A DNA stretch of 61,800 nucleotides, counting the filler. It is 5 parts of 5 records of this genome, joined end to end, with 100 filler letters (N's around TTAATTAATTAA, not from the genome) between each part and the next. Parts side by side here need not be neighbours in the genome. Positions count along the whole stretch, not along the records: positions 1 to 11,189 come from SRR2962707_601; positions 11,290 to 18,556 come from SRR2962707_603; 3 more parts are not named here. One strand, written 5' to 3'. The notes beneath the pieces are model-generated. The model saw only the letters and a program-made list of their open reading frames with translations, made no database searches and had not been told where the DNA came from. The position numbers and the translations under genes were made by a program. Positions 1 to 13,441 of this stretch are shown here, one piece after another. Every line of letters starts with the position of its first letter. Position 1 is the first letter of the stretch.

Positions 1-39
1 GGAATGCGTACGCACCCACAATGAAGGACATACATGACG

Positions 40-80
40 TACAACATACATACATACATACATACACATACATGCATACA
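40..80. repeat. (TACA)n microsatellite
   Basis: Imperfect acat/taca tandem array downstream of the USP stop codon. Confidence 0.75.
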
Positions 81-238
81 CGTGCCTTTGCTGACCGGTT
101 TGGAATGTGCGTGAGGCATCAAAATACTTAAGTTAAAACAAAGTACTAAAAGCTAACACACATGTACAACGACCTCCCACCCATGACAAGATAACGCACT
201 CAAAGCTCATACGGTTCGATTGACGAATTTAAACAATC

Positions 239-3200
239 TCATCGGGGCCCGACTTCTTTGTCTTGTGGTTTCCGAAGTAAAGATGTATCAACGGGAACCA
301 GCACGGGTTTTCCATCATGCCCAGGGCCGAGCACACTTGTCTCAGGCCCGTCAACCGATACGACTTCCACTGGGAGCCATGTCCCCTCGTCCTCGTCGGG
401 CGGTTCGTGCCAAAAGAGCATGGATTTGCCCGGAGCAAGACCATACCGAACACCACTGTCTTGCTCGCCTGGATCACGATCAACGCTTCTGCCTCTCCAT
501 TCCATTGACCGCCCTGATTTGGCAATGCTTTCCTGAGTTACAACTCTGCTTAACGGAACCTCGCAAAAGGTCCCACGACCATCATGCAGGAACACCTCCA
601 CCACAGCAGGGGTGTTCGTGGCTGGGTCTGCAGCATGCCATCGCAGCACTTCAGCGGGATAGTATCCTAGAGTCCCATCTGAACCATCTTGTGGAATACC
701 AACCCATACCTTCGCATCCTCAGAACGAGGATTAAGTTCCTCTTCGTCGTCAAGAAAATCCTCGATCGCATCCAACACATCCACTTCAAGATCATCGTTG
801 CCGTCCTTGGATTCAACCTCTCGCGTCCCAGCCCTCGTGCGACGCACTGCATTTCCAACGGCAAGGTCAATAAGTGCAGGGTCAACGAGATCGTCTATGC
901 CGATGGACGAATCATCATCAGATAAGTCCGAGCTCAAGTCGTCACTCCCAGCCTGCCCGAAGCCCTTTGGCGAGACACCGGGAGACAGCCCGTCGTCATC
1001 GTCGCTGCTGGTGATATCCACTCGGCCGGAGCGGCGCGTGTCGGCGCGCCCTCCATGGGATTGCGAAGTCCTTTGCTGCGCCGGAGGCAGGTTTCCATGA
1101 AAATCATTGAAGCGTTTCCTCAGTGTCATGACTTCGGGACCCGGTTCCGTATGTTTCAAGTACTCGATGCAGAAGTCAGCGAGATCATTCAAACGATGTT
1201 TCATGCCCACGGACAGCAAGTTCACCAAGCCTTGGCCAGCGGCTTCGTACGCATCAAGCAGAACACGGAGCATTCGTGCCACGAAACCTGCATTCTGCAC
1301 AAGCTGGTTAAAACTTGTGGTGCCGTTCGCCCGTGACGTATGATCTTGCCAGCCCTCCGCGCGAGAAGCAAAGCTCTGCATCGATGCCCCTGCAATCTTC
1401 TCAGCTATGTCGACACGCAAAAATGCTGCATCAATCGGATCAAGTGGTGGAATATCGTCCACATCATCCACCTCAGCACCTGCACGGCGAGCGGCCTCTT
1501 GCCGTTTATAGAGGGTCCGCAGCACCTAGCGTGAATCGAGGAACAATGTCAATCCGACAAAGTAGGTAAAAACAAAAGCAAGCAATGTCCCTGGCCCCTA
1601 GTGCCAATGTCAATCAAGAACCACAACAAGCACAACAAGGTCAAGATCCCACACAAACCTGCACATAGCATTGCTCCGCTGCCTCAGTTGGCTCTTCGTC
1701 GACGGCGTCAAGCGCTTTGTTGTGGAGCAGCAGCAATGGACCAACTCCCCAGGCGGCGACAAATTGTGGGGTGCAGCGCAGGATCCTTGTAAGGATGGTA
1801 AATACTTCTGCCTGAATCGTGGGATTCGCACTGCGGTGCGATATCATCTGGCGCATCAAAACATCTACGAGTCTCCGCGACCGCAAGACGGTGTGGGCAG
1901 GGTTCGGCAACAACGGGGAGGATTTAGACGCATGATGCGCAGAAATAAGCTCAGCGTAGCGGGAGAAATCTGGGTGGGCCATGAGGTGTTCAATGGCTTG
2001 TGTGATTGCAGGCATAGGGATCGAGAGCGCCTTGTTGGGGCGATTGATGATGCGGTTTTGATACGCATCGGCGAGCAACTGTGGCCACGGCAGCAAACGA
2101 CCGGCAAGTCGTGCATCTTGAAGTTGCTGAGACGGAGAAGCAGACGAAGACCCACTTCCAGAACGAGTCTGGCGATCGGTTCCTTCCTTTCCTTCTACTT
2201 GGGAAGGCGCTGGCTCACCTCCCAACAGGAAGCCCACCAGGGCTTCGATCGCGAGCACCGGTGGAGCTACGAATGACGGCGCATGGGCCAAGTCTGCGCC
2301 GCGCGTACATACCCACCCAAGCAGAGTTGCAAACCCGTGGTCTTTGCTCAATACCAAAAAAGAGGCTTGGGCTTGCGGCATCATCTCGACCAAAAAGTCG
2401 AACACTTTAACAGCAGCGTGTGATGGCGAGGGAGCAGCAGCAAGCGCCTTGACTTCGGCTGCAGGGTAGCCTTTGGATGCTGCATGGCGAGCAGCTACAT
2501 CGGCATGCGCTGCCGTCTGCATTTCGCCATCCATGATGCATAGCTGCAGCAGTCGGCAAACTGCTTCTCTTGCGGTGGTGGCCGAGTAGTCATAGTCAAG
2601 CAGCAGGCGTGCCACGCATCTTGCCAACAAAGGCGCCCGACTTTCAAGCGCGTCGCCTGAGGGCGGGCCCGATTTTGCTCGAGGTGCAAGCAGGAGGTGT
2701 GGCAGGAGCACTTGAGACAGCCCGCCGGGTTCGAGGGCTTGTTCGAAGGCGTCAAGCCACTGACCAACTTGTGCTGTGAGCACGCGTCGCCCACCCACAC
2801 CTCCAGCACCCACGCGCAGGCGACGGAACCGTAGAACATTGCACACAAAGTGCTGACCAAAACGCTCGAAAAAATATGACGTGCTTCCCCGTCCTAAAGT
2901 GGGAAGTAATGGCAGCACGCGGCGAAGGAATGTATCCACTGCTGGGCTCGCAAGCTGCCGCCGACGCTCTTCGCGAGTATTCGCTTGCCACACCTCGGCA
3001 CTGAAACGGTTGACCGGGACGCACTGGGGCATTTTCGACCCACCACTGTCTGCACGAGCCCTGCGTTCGTTTGGTGGCGTTGTCACGATTTCCAGACCAA
3101 CCGCCGCAGGTCTGTTCAAAGTGCGACCAGCATCTGGCCCGACTGTCTCGTCAGTCTTGGGTATCGTCTGTGTTGAGGGGTTGTCTTCTGTTGCACAAAT

Positions 3201-6200
3201 CGCGTCAACGGCCGGTGAACCCCCACCTCCAACTTCAACTTCGACTGTTGCCACTGACAAATTGTTAGGCCCATCTCCACTGCCACTTTGGCTTTCCTTG
3301 TCACCATCGTCATCTTGAGCTGGCGGGTCTTGCGGAACATTGCGCTCGTAGAACAAAATATAGGCGCTGTGAGTGCATTCGTGGGCGTCGGTTGGATCCT
3401 GCCGTCCTCCAAAACATTCAGCTGGAATACGTGACACATCAAATGGTGAAACAAGCTGGTCGTTGATGCAGTACCACCCGTCGGGGGTTTGGACAAGCGA
3501 GTAGTAGTGCCCACCACCTGCAGCACCAGACTGAATCACAACACCTTTCAATTTGTACGTGCAATCTCCCATGCCACCATTCTTGTCACTCAAGTCTGGA
3601 CTTAAGTTTTCCGTTGATGATTTGCCCTCGTCAGGCGCTTTTCCGGGTGACACAGGTGGGGTGAATTGTTTGTCTTTGCTTGCACCACCTGCGTCAGTTT
3701 GCGGTTGCCCCTCAGCCTCCCTTCGTTTTTTCTTTGCATCACGCTGCCGGCGAGCGGCCTGGGTGTAAGGGAACATGTCAAGGTCAAACGGGAACTCAAG
3801 TCTTGAGTTCACTTTGATTTCTTGGAACGTTTGCATGCAAAAGTCGAAACGCTTTAGCTGTATCGCCAGAAGATTGGGGAGAACTTTGAAGCTCGAGCTC
3901 CGCACTGCATCAACTTTGCAATTGGACTTGTCACACCAGAGCTGTGAGTCACCTGTCATTTGTTCCTCAACGCAGAACATTTGCTCTAGGGCCTCCTGGA
4001 GGGTTTTGATGCCTCGAATGGGAACAGAAAATATTGCCGTCGGAGGCGAAAGTGTCGACGTAGTATGACCTGAAACACGGATGTTCTCGTTTATCACTCG
4101 GCCAGAAAAGTGCCAGCGAAGAGAAGCCGCAAACGAGTCGGCCCCATTGTCGTCGAGCACAAGCTCCCCAGATTTCAGCCGCTCTTTACGCTGCTTCCCC
4201 TCATCTTCCACAATGGTCTCTAGCCGAGAAAAGAGTTCAGAGAAAAAAGTGCCAGCGTCGTTTTGGTGATATACGTTCTCGATGGTGGAGAAAGTGGTAC
4301 AAGCGTCAACAAAACCGACAGGGTCATAGTATGCCATAGTGCCTTCCGAAAGGTACGTAAAAGTACGTTGCAGCTGGCGCAACACTTCCTCTTTGGCTGG
4401 CTCTGGTGCTGCCACTGCTTCGGCAACTGCAATAGCTCCACTACCAGCATCCGCAGCAGACACAGGCGTGGCCACAGCCACCGCTTCAGCAGCATGAGAT
4501 TGTCCAGGTTCATTCTTGGGGCCGGCGTTCGCTCCCATTTCGCCAAGTCTCAATAGTTCCTCTCGAAATGCAGCACTTACATGAAAAAGTTGTTGTAGCA
4601 CAGAATTCATGTAGCACGTGTTGCCTTGATTCTTCAATCCCACAATGTGTGAAGAGGGCCTTGCACTTGAAGAACCAGCTGGTGCATCAGAGACTGGCAC
4701 AACCCACTGCCGGGTGGGCATGCCAGCATCTCCGCGCAAGTCGCCAATGTCGGGCTTCAACGCATCTTGCAACGGGTCGACGATGCCAGGGAGCTTGATG
4801 GCAAGCGGTGCAAGAAAGGCATTGCTACGCCGGCCCAATGTCAGCATGGTCTGAAGTGCAGCCCGCTGCGTGCCACGAGACACGCAAAGTGCGCGTCGCC
4901 GATCCTCCAGAGATGGTAGCTTGAAAACGCAATCCTCCATGGTCAGAGTGACAAGTTGCTCCAGCAGGTCCATTTGGTGTTTCTCCTCTGGTGTCCCTGA
5001 ATGCATAGTTTCGCCCCCACGTTTAGGTGTACCAGCTTTAGGTGCTGCTGTCCCTGGTGGTGGATGCAACAGGACTGTGAGGAGTTGGAACAGGTGGCGC
5101 AACACCATTTGAGAAGTTCCGCTCGCTTGTCCTTGCTCAATGCAGTCGACATGGTCGGCGATTTTGCGGACAGCAACTTCAAGCAGCCTTCCGCCAAAGC
5201 TGGTCAGTGACAACTGGCCGCTGCCCTTCCCAGACGCAAGCTGAGGCGACGAGCTATCTTCCGTCGTACGAGTGACGACCATGACGTTGGCAGAGTCTAA
5301 CTCCAAGTATTCCTCGAGAATCAAGAAAAAAGTGTTGTCACCTGCAGCTATTTCTTTAGAACGGTTCCCGCCCGTTTGCTTGACAGTTTCCAGATTGCCG
5401 CCCCGCTTCGGACTTGAAGGGTCGATCCAGTCCTCGCCGTCGCCACTCTCGAGTTTTAAACGCGTCGTCAAAATGTGCAGACAAGTTTCAAGGATCGGGC
5501 TTCGCATGTCTGCACAGCCCGATAGCGTACTGAAAAACGCGCGCAACCGGCGACTCATGGCAGAGGAACCCTTGACATGTGTTGCCAGCTCCAATAGGTA
5601 AAATAGTGGGGCACTGCTAAGGAAAACATCGGCAGTTTTGAGAAGGGTGGCCACCAGACACTCTTTCGCGCGATCATTAACCTGAATGGTGGACAGGAGC
5701 AATGCGAGGGCTTTGTCAAGCATACCCGCATCAAGCCTGCTCGTACTACCATCTGTGCTGGCGCTGATTTCGAGAACGAAATCAAGCAGCTGATCAACCA
5801 TGGCTTGCACGTCAACGGCAGCTGTCGCAATCTCAAACGAGCCGTCACTCAAATGTCGCTTCAATTTTGCTTTCGACTTGGCACTATTCACCGCCGAGGC
5901 TGGGGTGGTCATGCTCTTATGTTCCACTGCTGCAGAAGGAGACGTTGCTTCCTCGGCTTCTTCCGGAACAGGTTCACACTTAGCCTGCAACGCAGCGAGC
6001 CAACCGAGGTTGGGACTAAAGAAGTTGAACCTCAACCCAACCGGGCTTCCGTTCCCGGCGCCGATGGAATGCACATACCCTTTCGTGCAACGGTCGGGGC
6101 GCGACCCATTGCTGAAAGTAAGTTGGCCGACCATCCACAGCTGGTCACCAGGTACATAAAAAATGTGGATTGATGTGTTTTCAGGATGCTCCTTCTTCCA

Positions 6201-9200
6201 AAGTGGAGCTCCTTGAAATTCGTAGTCTACAAGACGAAAAATGCCATTCGTGCGCTCACTTTGCCCTCCGATATGGCCACTCAATCGGATGCGCGGTGGC
6301 GGCGCAGCAGACTGATCATTTCCCGGGGCAGGAAGTGCAGGAGGAACGTCTGTACTGACATCGTCCTCATCATCCGCGTCACCGCCACCGAATATGAAGA
6401 GTAGGATGGTCAACGTCACATCCAGGCAACTGCGAATCACACACTGCTCGCGCATAGCGCCAATGTCACAATGCTCAAAAAATCGAAAGGTTGGGGCTAA
6501 ACAGCCTGACTTCACAAATAATTTCTGCCAGTCCCTTGCAGCTGCTTCAGCAGCTGCGTCTGGCTTTTTTCGGCGGTGCGTTGCGTGAGACAACAACACA
6601 TTCCGCAGTGCTTGCAGTGAGTAAACGGAACGAAAGAAGTGCCGATCGACCCGTAGCTCCAAGTCCCAATCCACCGTACTCAGCCTTTCAGGAGACTCAA
6701 AGCGACCTCGAACACTGGAAACAGTCGGCAGCCACATAAGGAATCTCCATACATGCTCGATGCGAACATCCAAAGCTGAGCGGTCAAAGCTATCGGTGGC
6801 AGTGCGCTGAATTCGTAGGGCCTCCAGCACATCAAGCAGTGCCGGTACAAGCCCCTGTGAATCCTTCACCAACAACATCCAAATCCGATCGTCGTGAATA
6901 AGTTCACCGTCCGATCTTCGGTCTCGAAGACCATCCTCCGCGGCTTCAAGGACACCATCGCCACGTGGTTCCCAGCGACCGTGGATCTCTCGCGCCGAGT
7001 CGAGGCCAAGCGTCCACAATGACGAATGGAGGTCGGCAAGCACTGGCGGTGGCACCCTGGAGATGGACTGCTTTGATTTCGACTGCGAGCTTGCATCCGA
7101 ACCCAGCTTCCCACATGTTGTTGGGGGGTCGGTAAGTTTATCGCCAGTTGACTTCTTAACTGGGGTTGTCGCAGATGTTGTGGGGCCAGGGCCCTCAGCT
7201 TTGCTTGGCTTGCTGCAAGATTTAGCGGAAAGAAGCCGCCCATCAGAATCACGTGGGCGCGGGTCCGTAAACACGAGACGAAGTTGTTGAAATGCCTCGG
7301 CGCCCTCGGGATAAGTGTGACAAACAGAAAGCACACGATGCTGCAGAGTGCGTAAGGTGTCTGAGGCACGTACTTCAAGCTGCTTGAAGAGCATTGGAGG
7401 CAAGTACAAGTTGGAGTTCGAGCGAGAATTTTTCTTGCCAACCCACTCTTGTGTCTTTACGGCAAGTTGTGCCAGATGGGTTGGCGGGCCTGGGTCATGT
7501 GAAGCGAGCACGCTTGGCATTGCAACACATTGCAGCACTTCACGTAAGAGGTCTAGCACGCGACAAAGACGTGCTTGCGCTTCGGGTGTCACTGATACAT
7601 TTCGAGACGCAGGGGTTGATGGAGGCAAGACGAGCAGAACTTCTTTGAGCACGCGGCCGAGCACAATTTCTTCGAACTCGTGCAAGACCAGCGATTTTTC
7701 ACTTGGCCCATCACCAGCCATGGCGTAGAGCAAAGAGCAGTAAAAACTGATTGCAGCCATTCGCAGCTCCGACCTTCCATCCACCATGAGGCGGAATAAC
7801 TCCTCCTTGCCAATCAGCCGACGATCTTTGACCCGCATTGGGCCAAGGTGAGACCCTGGATCATGGGTGCCCGCGAAAGACGAGCTAGTGGCTAGGTCAT
7901 CTCGAGGAAGGCGCGCAGCGTTGATTCGCAGGAAAAACATGCGAAAGCATGCGAAGGAGCGCAAGCCGAACGTTTCAGCTGGAACGCTGCAGAGTGTGTG
8001 GAACATGAAGGAGTTCAATCCGGCAGAAAAGTGGCGGCGCACGAACACAGGCTGACCAAGGATCCAATCAAAGAAACATGAGTGTAAGGTCGGGTGCGGT
8101 GCAAGGCATGCCTCCCACAGCTCACGGGCGAGGGCACCGTCCTCTTCTAGGATTTCTGCGGGAGCAACTGTGTCCAACAGCGCTAGCAGGGCAGTTGTGG
8201 CTTCCTGCAACGCTTTGGTCTGGGAAGCACCACCCTCGTCAAAGTCCGACACAACTGTCCGTGCTGTGGCCGTCAAAGCGCCAAGAAAGACACGTCGCAC
8301 CACTCCCGCCGGTGTGGATGCCGAGGTTGTTGGGGAATCTAAGCCTGCGGCGGTAGCAGCACGCGCAGCGGAGCCTCTGGCACTCAAAGCCCCCCCACTG
8401 TTTGAGACAACGCGCTGAAAAATGGAAAGCCATGACTCGCGTTCGCGCCTGGGTGAAGCACGAAGAATGCGCTGCATAAACGCGCACAGCAGTGCAGTTG
8501 ACGTTGGATCAAAAGCGTTCATCCCGCTACCTACGCCTTGAGCTTGAGCTGTGAGGGTTGCAGAATGTTTGGCGGGCTTTGCCTTCGCCGCAGAGACCAG
8601 AAGCTGCAGCACGGCATAGGACACAAGGGATCCGCAATACAAATGTCAAAGATGCGCGTGGATGCGTACCAGCGTTCATTCTAAGCATGCACAAACCGGA
8701 GCGGACAACAAACCTTGGTGCAAATTTCGAAGTGATCGAGTGCGGCTGATTGCACCGGCGATTGGCTTGGATGCAGGCACTGCAGAAACCGTTCGTAGAA
8801 CGAAGGAAATCGGTCAAGCACCTTGCGACCTTCCTCGCTGTCTTCGACCAGCTCAAGCGACGCTGGGTGGCGGAGTCGTAACAGCATGTCAAACGGTGCC
8901 CATGCAAGGTCCAACAGCGCATCGCAAACTGTGGGCGCAATCGCGACAGGGGGATCTCCAGCAAAGCCGGGCTGCGTTTTGGCTATCCGAGCCTGGATCA
9001 GCCGTGCGATACGTTTTTGTTTTCCTAGCAGACCCTGAACAACCAGGCAAACCTGGGGGGATAAGGCGCTACATCGCTACAATTTAAAAGCAAAATAGGG
9101 CCCACCGCATTGTAACAACCGCGCACCTCTGCAGTTCGCGATGAAAACGCTCCTGCAACTGCAAGTGATTTCGAAGAGGACGCCACGTCCCTCCCAACAG

Positions 9201-10812
9201 GAGTGTCCTGCGATGACTTGGATACTGGGTGCTGCAGAGGCGCAGGCTGCCTCTCACCTCGGAGATCTGCATCAACGACGCGGATAAATTGAACCAAAGT
9301 TGCCGATGGTACCTGGACAGCACAGCAACAAAAACACGTGAACAAACACGGAAACACGCACGCCTTTAAAAGCACACACAACTGTGCCAGGCGTGGTCGC
9401 AGAAGGAAACGAACCATAGTTAAAGCAGAGTTTAGCACATTGAAGATTGTCGCGGTGGTATGCGCATTGTTGTTTGCTGTCGCGGCCCAAAGAGACTCAA
9501 GGATCTGGAGCGGGAGCTGACCTTTCCCCGCAAGCCGAACGAACAACCCTTCTGCCTTTGCCAGACACCGATGGTCGATATTTGTGAGAAGCTGCTCCAG
9601 CACACCTTGCGAGTGCACGAACTGCACGAAAGTGGTTCGCAGAAGTGCAGGCAGGCGCATGACATCGCGCGCCACAAGACTGAACTCGTTTGCAGCAAAC
9701 AATCGGTACTTCAGGTTTGAAGTGACGAGGAGACGCTGCACTGTGACATGCCACTCATGTTGGGCAGTGGCGAACAGGCCCACACGCCGCTGTTCTTCCT
9801 CTCTCTGTGTTGTGCTCAAGGCTCCATCCGGAACATCGCACAACGCACCCATGTTGCAGCTGTAATTGTACAGCAGCCGCCCCACTGATTGCAATTCATC
9901 GTTCTGACTCGTGCCGATCCCAAGTTGCTCCGGCGTGCATCTGCCAAGCCTCTGCATCAAGCGCAGGAGGTGCACGCCCGTGCGCAACCCAACACTCGAC
10001 ACCGTGCCAGCGTCATCGGCCTGCCGTCCGCCGCGCTTGCCCCCGGCCTGTTCCCCGGCCTGTTCCTCGGGATCGTCATCTTGACCCTGCACAGGTCGAT
10101 TCCCACTATTTTGCCGAGCAGCGCCACTGGTTTGGGCCAATCGGAGAGCCTCCTGTTCACAATAAACAACACTGGCCAACACACCGACGAAAGCGCCGAT
10201 CCCAATCCATCTCTTGCCTAAAGCTGCCTCAACAAGTTCCGGAACTCGGTTCAGGACGCGGCGTCGGCAACGAGGAAGCAAATGGGGCATGGTGCGCATG
10301 TAAGATGACTGGCGTTCCCTGTACAAAAAGTTGAAAGGTGAAAGCACGAGGCGAAGGATATTGCAGTATTCGAAGACGCGGCCCGCATCCTCGGCCTCGT
10401 CGTCGTCTTCATCTTCGTCATCCATCTCGTGGTCGGTAGTGCCATCCCCTTGCTGAGATTCTTCGCCATCGTCATCGACTCCGCTACTATCGAGGGCCAA
10501 TCGAAGAGCAATATCGATCGCGCAATCTAAAATACCCTCCTGCGCAGTTCCTTGCAGTGCGTTGGCATTTTTGTAAGGAGCTTTTTCAAGAGTCGTGCAC
10601 ACAATAGGGCGAAGACAAGTCCGTAAGAATACGTGGAGCGTGTCGGCAACGGCGGCAAAATCTGGGGACGAGGCGTCACTGAGAGCGTCCTGCAGCGCAG
10701 CATGATAGTCGAGGAAATCCTGAAACCCGTCTCCATAGCGATGTTCGTCGCGAAGGCGGTACTTGGCCCAGACGAGCAAGTAGCTGCGTGGTCGGCTACT
10801 CTGCGCGCTCAT
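239..10812 (-). CDS. Large ubiquitin-specific protease (peptidase C19, USP9X/USP24/USP34-like), spliced, ~3,380 aa
   Basis: Cys box GLKNQGNTCYMNSVLQQL (~4590-4640), QLKRF, His box GVVIQSGAAGGGHYYSLV and WYCINDQLV (~3455-3545), SAYILFYER. ORFs 9025-10896, 8681-8914, 1641-8642 and 239-1525 join in frame through phase-0 GT-AG introns at 9313-9414, 9035-9126, 8604-8713 and 1526-1658. ATG at 10812 is inferred. Confidence 0.88.
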
Positions 10813-11189
10813 GCTTCCACTCAGGGCGGAGTGACGAGCAGCCGAGCAACAGTCCAGCCGGTCAGCTACAGCGGCGACTTTCGGAAAAAGCGGCAACCGG
10901 GCGCTGGCTTCCAGGGACAGATAATGTGTTCAGCCAGCCACAGGCGGGGAAGAAGAAGAAGCAGAAGAAAAAGAGAAGGAGGAGGAAGCAGAAAAGAAGA
11001 AGGAGAGAAAGAGTATAAGAAAAAAAAGTCGAAAACACTCCACCTCACTCACATCGGGCGGGGAGGCAACACACTGCGACTTGCCAGACAGGCACCAGTC
11101 GCTGCTCGGTGCAACACCACCTCGAAGAAAATAAAGCGCGTCCTTTCTTCATCAGGCTTGACAGCCCCCCCCCCCCCCCCCCCCCCCCC

Positions 11190-11289
11190 NNNNNNNNNNN
11201 NNNNNNNNNNNNNNNNNNNNNNNNNNNNNNNNNTTAATTAATTAANNNNNNNNNNNNNNNNNNNNNNNNNNNNNNNNNNNNNNNNNNNN
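11190..11289. other. Artificial contig-joining spacer
   Basis: N44-TTAATTAATTAA-N44; places stops in all six frames; an identical spacer occurs four times in the window. Confidence 0.98.
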
Positions 11290-11327
11290 TTTTTTTTGTT
11301 CGGCAATTCGGCAAGATCAAAGAGGGC

Positions 11328-13179
11328 ATGGACTCAATCGTTGAAAGGATGGAAACCAGCACCAGCGACAACCAGGCTTACGTTGAAAATGTTGAGGCTT
11401 CTATCAAGACAGAACAATTGGAACTCGAAAAAAGAATGGCAGCCGAGATCGCAAAGATAAATGAGGCCGCGGAGGTAGCAAACATTTCCCTGGCTTGGTC
11501 GTTTTTTTGCCCTGAAGTGAGACCAATCGCTCGTACCCTAACCAACGCCAAACCTTACTATCTTTTCAACATGTTTCTTTGCCGACCTTTCTAGTCGGCT
11601 CGTGACAAAACTGAAGCGGACTGGGAGGCTCTGAGCGCGGACATTGACACTGCTTGCGAGGAATATCAGACACTCATTGCCGACGTGCGGCGCCAGCTTG
11701 AGATCAAGTTTACGGAAACCGAAATCAAGATTGTTGGGGCTGAGCAAAAGAACTCCACTGTGTGCGTATCTGATGCGTTGGTGTTGTGGAAGCCTCGTGC
11801 AACTCGAAGTTGACTGTTTTTTTTGTTTTCCTTGTGATTTCATGAACAGCACTGCCGAGACTGCCGCCCAACTGGACGCCCATTCGACACAACTGAGCTT
11901 TTTGAAGAACTCGCTCAAAACTGTGGAGTCGGACGGAGCTAAGCGCAGAGATGAGCTGAAGGTGAGCTGGACTACACGCGTGAGCAACATTTGTGGATGT
12001 GTTTCATGCTGCTTGCGTTTTACATGTGCACTGACATGGTGCTGGTGTGTTTGTAGACCATCGTCCAAGGTCTCATCATCACCAATAAGAGTGAGCAGGA
12101 GTCACGGCTGGAAACTGTGGACCGTGAAATGGGTACGCGCGTCGTTTGTGTGTTTGCTGCTGAAGTGTTCCTTGCAGCACGCTTTCCTTGACGCTGCGAG
12201 ATTCCTGTTACTAATCGACCTGTGGCAGACTCACTCAAGGCACAGCTGGACATGATTCAAGAAACTCTGCGAACAGAGCTGCAGCTGACAAAGGCGTCCA
12301 CGGAGCAAAAGCTTGACAGCATTATGTGCGTTTGTTTCGCTTCTTGCGTTGCGAACAGAGTGGCCTCGTGTAACTATACTGGTACGCTAGCATGATCCAT
12401 GTGGAATTGTCTTTGGTGCAGGTCGGCAACCCAGCGTAACATCATGGGCTTGAAAGAAGACCAAGAAGCTCAGGCCAACGCAATTGAAACTGCCAAGTCC
12501 AAGGTATGCTTTGTGTGACTTGTGCTTCAAGGCTGTCACGAATGACCTGTATTTTCTGACTAAACGACGGTCGCGTACCAAAATTTCTTTTCATGCGCGT
12601 TCCGTGCCTTGTGTCGGGACATGTTTGGTTTGGTTTTTGGCTTCGCCCAGCTCGAATCCCGACTGGAGTCTCTGAAGAGCGTCCACGAGAGCACATCGCA
12701 GCACCTGAACAATCTCGTGGGCAAGCGCAATTGGGTGCGTATGTGCATGTTTTTGGTTCTCAGAGCAGCAGATGCGTGAGTGTTGGAATTCTAATTCGGC
12801 GCTGGGTACCGACAGGTTAACGACAAGGAAGTCGACAACTGCCAATGCTGCGACCGCCGCTTCAGCTTGACTGTGCGCAAGCATCATTGTCGCATGTACG
12901 TAGTCGAGTACATGCCGCCGGCTAGAAATACCTTGCCCTGACACTCACTTGTGGTCGCAGGTCCGTGCTGACCGTGCACTTTTTGCTTTCGGTAGGTGCG
13001 GCAACATTGTGTGCTACAGTTGCTCGAAGTGGCGTCGCAAAATTCCTGGTCAGACACGGTTGCAGCGTGTCTGTGATTCCTGCATTCGAAATCGGTCTCC
13101 GAGCGCCCAAGATAGCAGCGAGTACGAGATCTCATTTGCAAGCTCAGCAATAGACTGCATGAGCGCGTCGTCCATATGA
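11328..13179 (+). CDS. Coiled-coil protein with C-terminal FYVE zinc finger (multi-exon; possibly 5'-truncated)
   Basis: Spliced product reads GKRNW|VNDKEVDNCQCCDRRFSLTVRKHHCR|MCGNIVCYSCS...LQRVCDSC, containing the WxxD, RKHHCR and RVC FYVE motifs. Upstream exons are E/K/Q-rich and helical. First intron is 11475-11594. The frame is open to the contig edge upstream of the ATG. Confidence 0.85.
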
Positions 13180-13441
13180 ACGGTGCGATTGTTTTTTACA
13201 CAACAAAAATTCAGGTACTCGCAAGACACGTCCGGTCGCGATCGCGAGAGCTTCGATCCTGGCCAAGGCAGCGCCGCCGCCACAGCCCAGATCAACTTGG
13301 CTCAGTAAGCCAAAGTCAAGAAAAGGTATGCAACTAATGCATTGGTTTTGGTACATTCATCATACATACATACATATATACATGTAAGCTTTAAAATAAA
13401 ACATACGCGCCGCTCGCGGACATAAAAAAATTATATATTTT

